Shown here: positions 61,741-64,000 of the stretch, in pieces
Position numbering within the stretch: position 1 is the stretch's first letter
How the letters are laid out: the number at the start of each line of letters is the position of its first letter
Assembly (NCBI GenBank): GCA_963711285.1
Contig: CAVQDJ010000018.1
Coordinates: 190,325 to 254,324 of the forward strand
Source of the DNA: an uncultured Gammaproteobacteria bacterium
GTDB taxonomy: Bacteria; Pseudomonadota; Gammaproteobacteria; Steroidobacterales; Woeseiaceae
Direction of reading: 5' to 3'
DNA: 64,000 bases
Made by a program: the position numbers and the translations under genes
The notes under the pieces: generated by a model
What the model saw: only the letters and a program-made list of their open reading frames with translations
Databases searched by the model: none
Told to the model about the DNA's origin: nothing

Positions 61741-62877
61741 TCACAGGCCGTCGGCAGTGTCCTTGATTAGCCTGTCGACAACAGCCTTGAGCGCGTCTTC
61801 ATTGCTCGCTCCGCCAGCGCGCTCCAGCTCGTATTTCTTCAGTTGTCGATGGGCGCTCGTCCCGCGCTGCAGAATGTGATGGAGCGAATTTATCTCCTCG
61901 GTGCAACCAAGTGCCATGGCGTCCTCGGCAACCAGCGATAACAACTCGTCAAGCAACGTCTCGAACGGCACAACGACGCCTTTTGCGAGATCGATCAGGC
62001 CTTCGTCGAAACTGTAGCGCATCGCCCGCCAGCGATTCTCACGAATCAGCATTGGCGTGTAAAGACGCCAGCGCTGATTGTTCCTCCTCAGCCGATACAG
62101 CATGCGCAGAATACAGACCAGCAACGCCGTCAGCGAAACCGCATCGTCCAGACGCGTGCAAACATCCATGACACGAGTCTCGAGCGTCGGGAATTTCGCA
62201 CTCGGACGCAAGTCCCACCAGATTCGAGTCGAGTCTTCGATGAGCCCCGCGTCCATCAGAATACGCACGTGACGTTGGTACTCCGCATAGCTCGCAAATC
62301 GCTCCGGGATACCCGTGCGCGGCAGCGCATCGAAGACTGTCAAACGATAGCTCTTTAGTCCGGTATCGCGCCCCTCCCAGAATGGTGAGGAACACGACAA
62401 CGCCAGCAAGTGCGGCAGGAAATACGACATCTGGTTCATCAGGTCGATACGCAGCTCGTCATCTTCGATGCCGACGTGCACGTGCATACCGCAAATCAAA
62501 AGCCGCCTTGCGGCGCCCTGCATCTCGATCGTCAACCGGTCGTAGCGTTCCTTACGCGTATGTTTTTGATCGTGCCAGAGACTGAACGGGTGAGTGGATG
62601 CCGCAATGAACTCAAGCCCGTGACTGTTCGCAACGTGCTTGATGCCGCGACGCAAGCGCACCAGATCTTCACGTGCTTCCTGAACGTTTCTGCAAACCTT
62701 GGTGCCGATCTCGACCTGCGAACGCAAGAGCTCGGATGTCACCTGAGTGCCGAGGCGCTCCTCACATTCCTTCATCAAAGTCTTGGGCGGGTCGGCAACC
62801 AGAGCGCGAGTATCCGGGTCGACCAACAGGTACTCTTCCTCGACGCCGAGCGTGAATTTCGGTCCGGAGTTATTCAT
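61741..62877 (-). CDS. ybdK: carboxylate-amine ligase, YbdK / glutamate-cysteine ligase family 2
   Basis: FTLGVEEEYLLVDPDTRAL...EIGT...GMHVHVGI...SSPFWEG are GCS2 hallmarks. I chose the ATG at 62877 because the longer ORF overlaps the upstream gene. Confidence 0.85.
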   Translation of the reverse strand: MNNSGPKFTLGVEEEYLLVDPDTRALVADPPKTLMKECEERLGTQVTSELLRSQVEIGTKVCRNVQEAREDLVRLRRGIKHVANSHGLEFIAASTHPFSLWHDQKHTRKERYDRLTIEMQGAARRLLICGMHVHVGIEDDELRIDLMNQMSYFLPHLLALSCSSPFWEGRDTGLKSYRLTVFDALPRTGIPERFASYAEYQRHVRILMDAGLIEDSTRIWWDLRPSAKFPTLETRVMDVCTRLDDAVSLTALLVCILRMLYRLRRNNQRWRLYTPMLIRENRWRAMRYSFDEGLIDLAKGVVVPFETLLDELLSLVAEDAMALGCTEEINSLHHILQRGTSAHRQLKKYELERAGGASNEDALKAVVDRLIKDTADGL

Positions 62878-62914
62878 ATTGTTGTTCCCCGTCTGACTAA
62901 TCGCTTTGTTTTTT

Positions 62915-63727
62915 TTAAGCCGGAATTCTGTCCTGTTTGAGACCAATTTTCTCCGGAATCGATTCGATTGTGCGGTGCATGACCGGCGCAATCTCTTCAA
63001 TACCGGCGATATCGTCAATCATATCCTGACGAATCTCAATGCCGACGTGCGGAAGCCCTTCCCCTTCAGCATGGTGGTCAATCGTGAAATCCTGCGGCGC
63101 TTTGCCGGAATAAGGCTCGTTGTCGCCAGCCAGGAATCCCGCCGCACGGAAGTCCTCGAGGAAAATATCAGACAGGCTCGAATCCTTGTCCCACAAGACG
63201 CCCGTCTGCACGGCGCGCGACACCCCGTTCAAGACTGGCGTAAAGCTGTGTACGGAAATGAACGCCGGACTTGGCCCTATCGCCCTGAGCCGCTTGATTT
63301 GCTCGTCGATTGCCTTGTGGTAGGGCCAGTAAATTGCGTTGGCGCGGGCGTCCTTGTCTGCCTGCGTGATATTGCGATTACCCGGAACCACAATGCCGTC
63401 GCCGTACGCCAGAAATGCGCCCGGATCCATGAGCTCCCGGTTGCAGTCGACCACCAGTCGCGAATACTGGGCGATCACAGCGGTTACACCCAGGCCCTTC
63501 GCGAGAGTCTCGGTCAGCTTGCCGGCGCCGATATCGATCGCCAGATGACAGCGGCGCGCAAACGGGTCCAGGCCCATGTCGCCAAGCGCCCGCGGAATGC
63601 GACAGCTTGCATGGTCACAGACGAGCAGGATCGGCGCTCTTGCAAGCGGGTTTACAACATAGAAGGGAGACGGCTCACTTGAGGTCAGCAGTGAATTATC
63701 AGTGTTATTGTGCGAGCCGGCCGACAT
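62915..63727 (-). CDS. N-formylglutamate amidohydrolase family protein
   Basis: 270 aa with ILLVCDHASCRIP..., DCNR, SVHSFTP and IEIRQD, which is the FGase family pattern. Confidence 0.8.
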   Translation of the reverse strand: MSAGSHNNTDNSLLTSSEPSPFYVVNPLARAPILLVCDHASCRIPRALGDMGLDPFARRCHLAIDIGAGKLTETLAKGLGVTAVIAQYSRLVVDCNRELMDPGAFLAYGDGIVVPGNRNITQADKDARANAIYWPYHKAIDEQIKRLRAIGPSPAFISVHSFTPVLNGVSRAVQTGVLWDKDSSLSDIFLEDFRAAGFLAGDNEPYSGKAPQDFTIDHHAEGEGLPHVGIEIRQDMIDDIAGIEEIAPVMHRTIESIPEKIGLKQDRIPA

Positions 63728-63807
63728 AGATCAAGACGCTGGAATTATTAGCGCCCGAGTGTACCGCATCGCGCCCGCCGCGACATCGGTACAAGGCCGA
63801 TATGTGG

Positions 63808-64000
63808 GCCAGCAATTACGCCTGGGCGGCTGAGAAGCGGTGGTCGCTCCAGGGTTCGAATGAGCGCACCGATGCCGGCCGTGCAATGTAGTAGCCCTGG
63901 GCAAACTCGATACCGAGCGAACCGAGTTTATCGAGCACCTGCTTGGTCTCCACTCGCTCTGCAATCGTCTCTATGCCCATGGCGTGACCGACCTGCGAGA
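63808..64000 (-). CDS. EAL-domain (c-di-GMP phosphodiesterase) protein, C-terminal fragment (5' end lies outside the window)
   Basis: The minus-strand frame that is open to the window edge reads ...SQVGHAMGIETIAERVETKQVLDKLGSLGIEFAQGYYIARP...*. This is the conserved end of EAL domains. The stop is at 63808-63810. Confidence 0.7.

Noticed and set aside
62906-63682. A 258-aa plus-strand ORF lies opposite the N-formylglutamate amidohydrolase gene, and the long form of ybdK (to 63018) overlaps that gene.
   Set aside because: The plus-strand ORF is antisense with no motifs. The ybdK homology begins at MNNSGPKFTLGVEEEY (ATG 62877), so the 5' extension is probably not translated.

Overview
This is a moderately GC-rich chromosomal segment that looks gammaproteobacterial, based on map-glnD-dapD synteny and a Pseudomonas-like FliA. 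By eye I found no rRNA, tRNA, CRISPR array, IS element or integrase.

Left third (1-15.7 kb): housekeeping genes and a dispersed Pho regulon.
- Genes: pstSCAB, phoU, a coiled-coil porin and phoBR.
- Three promoters share a CTGTAAC-AATT-CTGTAAA type Pho box.
- These are interleaved with dapD, dapE, dsbB and tsaB.

Middle (15.7-31.5 kb): a DinG-type helicase, a GAF-GGDEF protein and an orphan divergent fliA/flgM pair. It also holds GTP-PEPCK, a class III cyclase-FHA fusion, dusA, an atypical pyruvate kinase, a TonB-dependent receptor and a TPR protein.

Most interesting block (31.5-45.1 kb): a tightly packed minus-strand cluster, in transcription order:
- a GAF-PP2C phosphatase, an RsbW-like kinase and a STAS protein
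- an ECF sigma factor and its anti-sigma factor
- a membrane-anchored protein built of about 31 copies of the nonapeptide DVFRQALSN
- an HExxH / beta-propeller / barrel-like envelope protein whose signal peptide has no canonical start codon
- a PrsW-family intramembrane protease
- a roughly 1545-aa secreted protein with an Asp-box-like N-domain, 15 PDEFN pentapeptide repeats and HYR/Ig-like domains

Right third (45-64 kb): an S1/P1 nuclease, c-di-GMP proteins, an OPT transporter and a FadB-like enzyme. It also holds gabT, an aldehyde dehydrogenase, an arsR-(VOC remnant)-arsC-ACR3 operon, ybdK and an N-formylglutamate amidohydrolase.

At least eight otherwise intact genes are split by apparent single-base insertions, often at short homopolymers. 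This suggests assembly indel errors rather than real pseudogenes.
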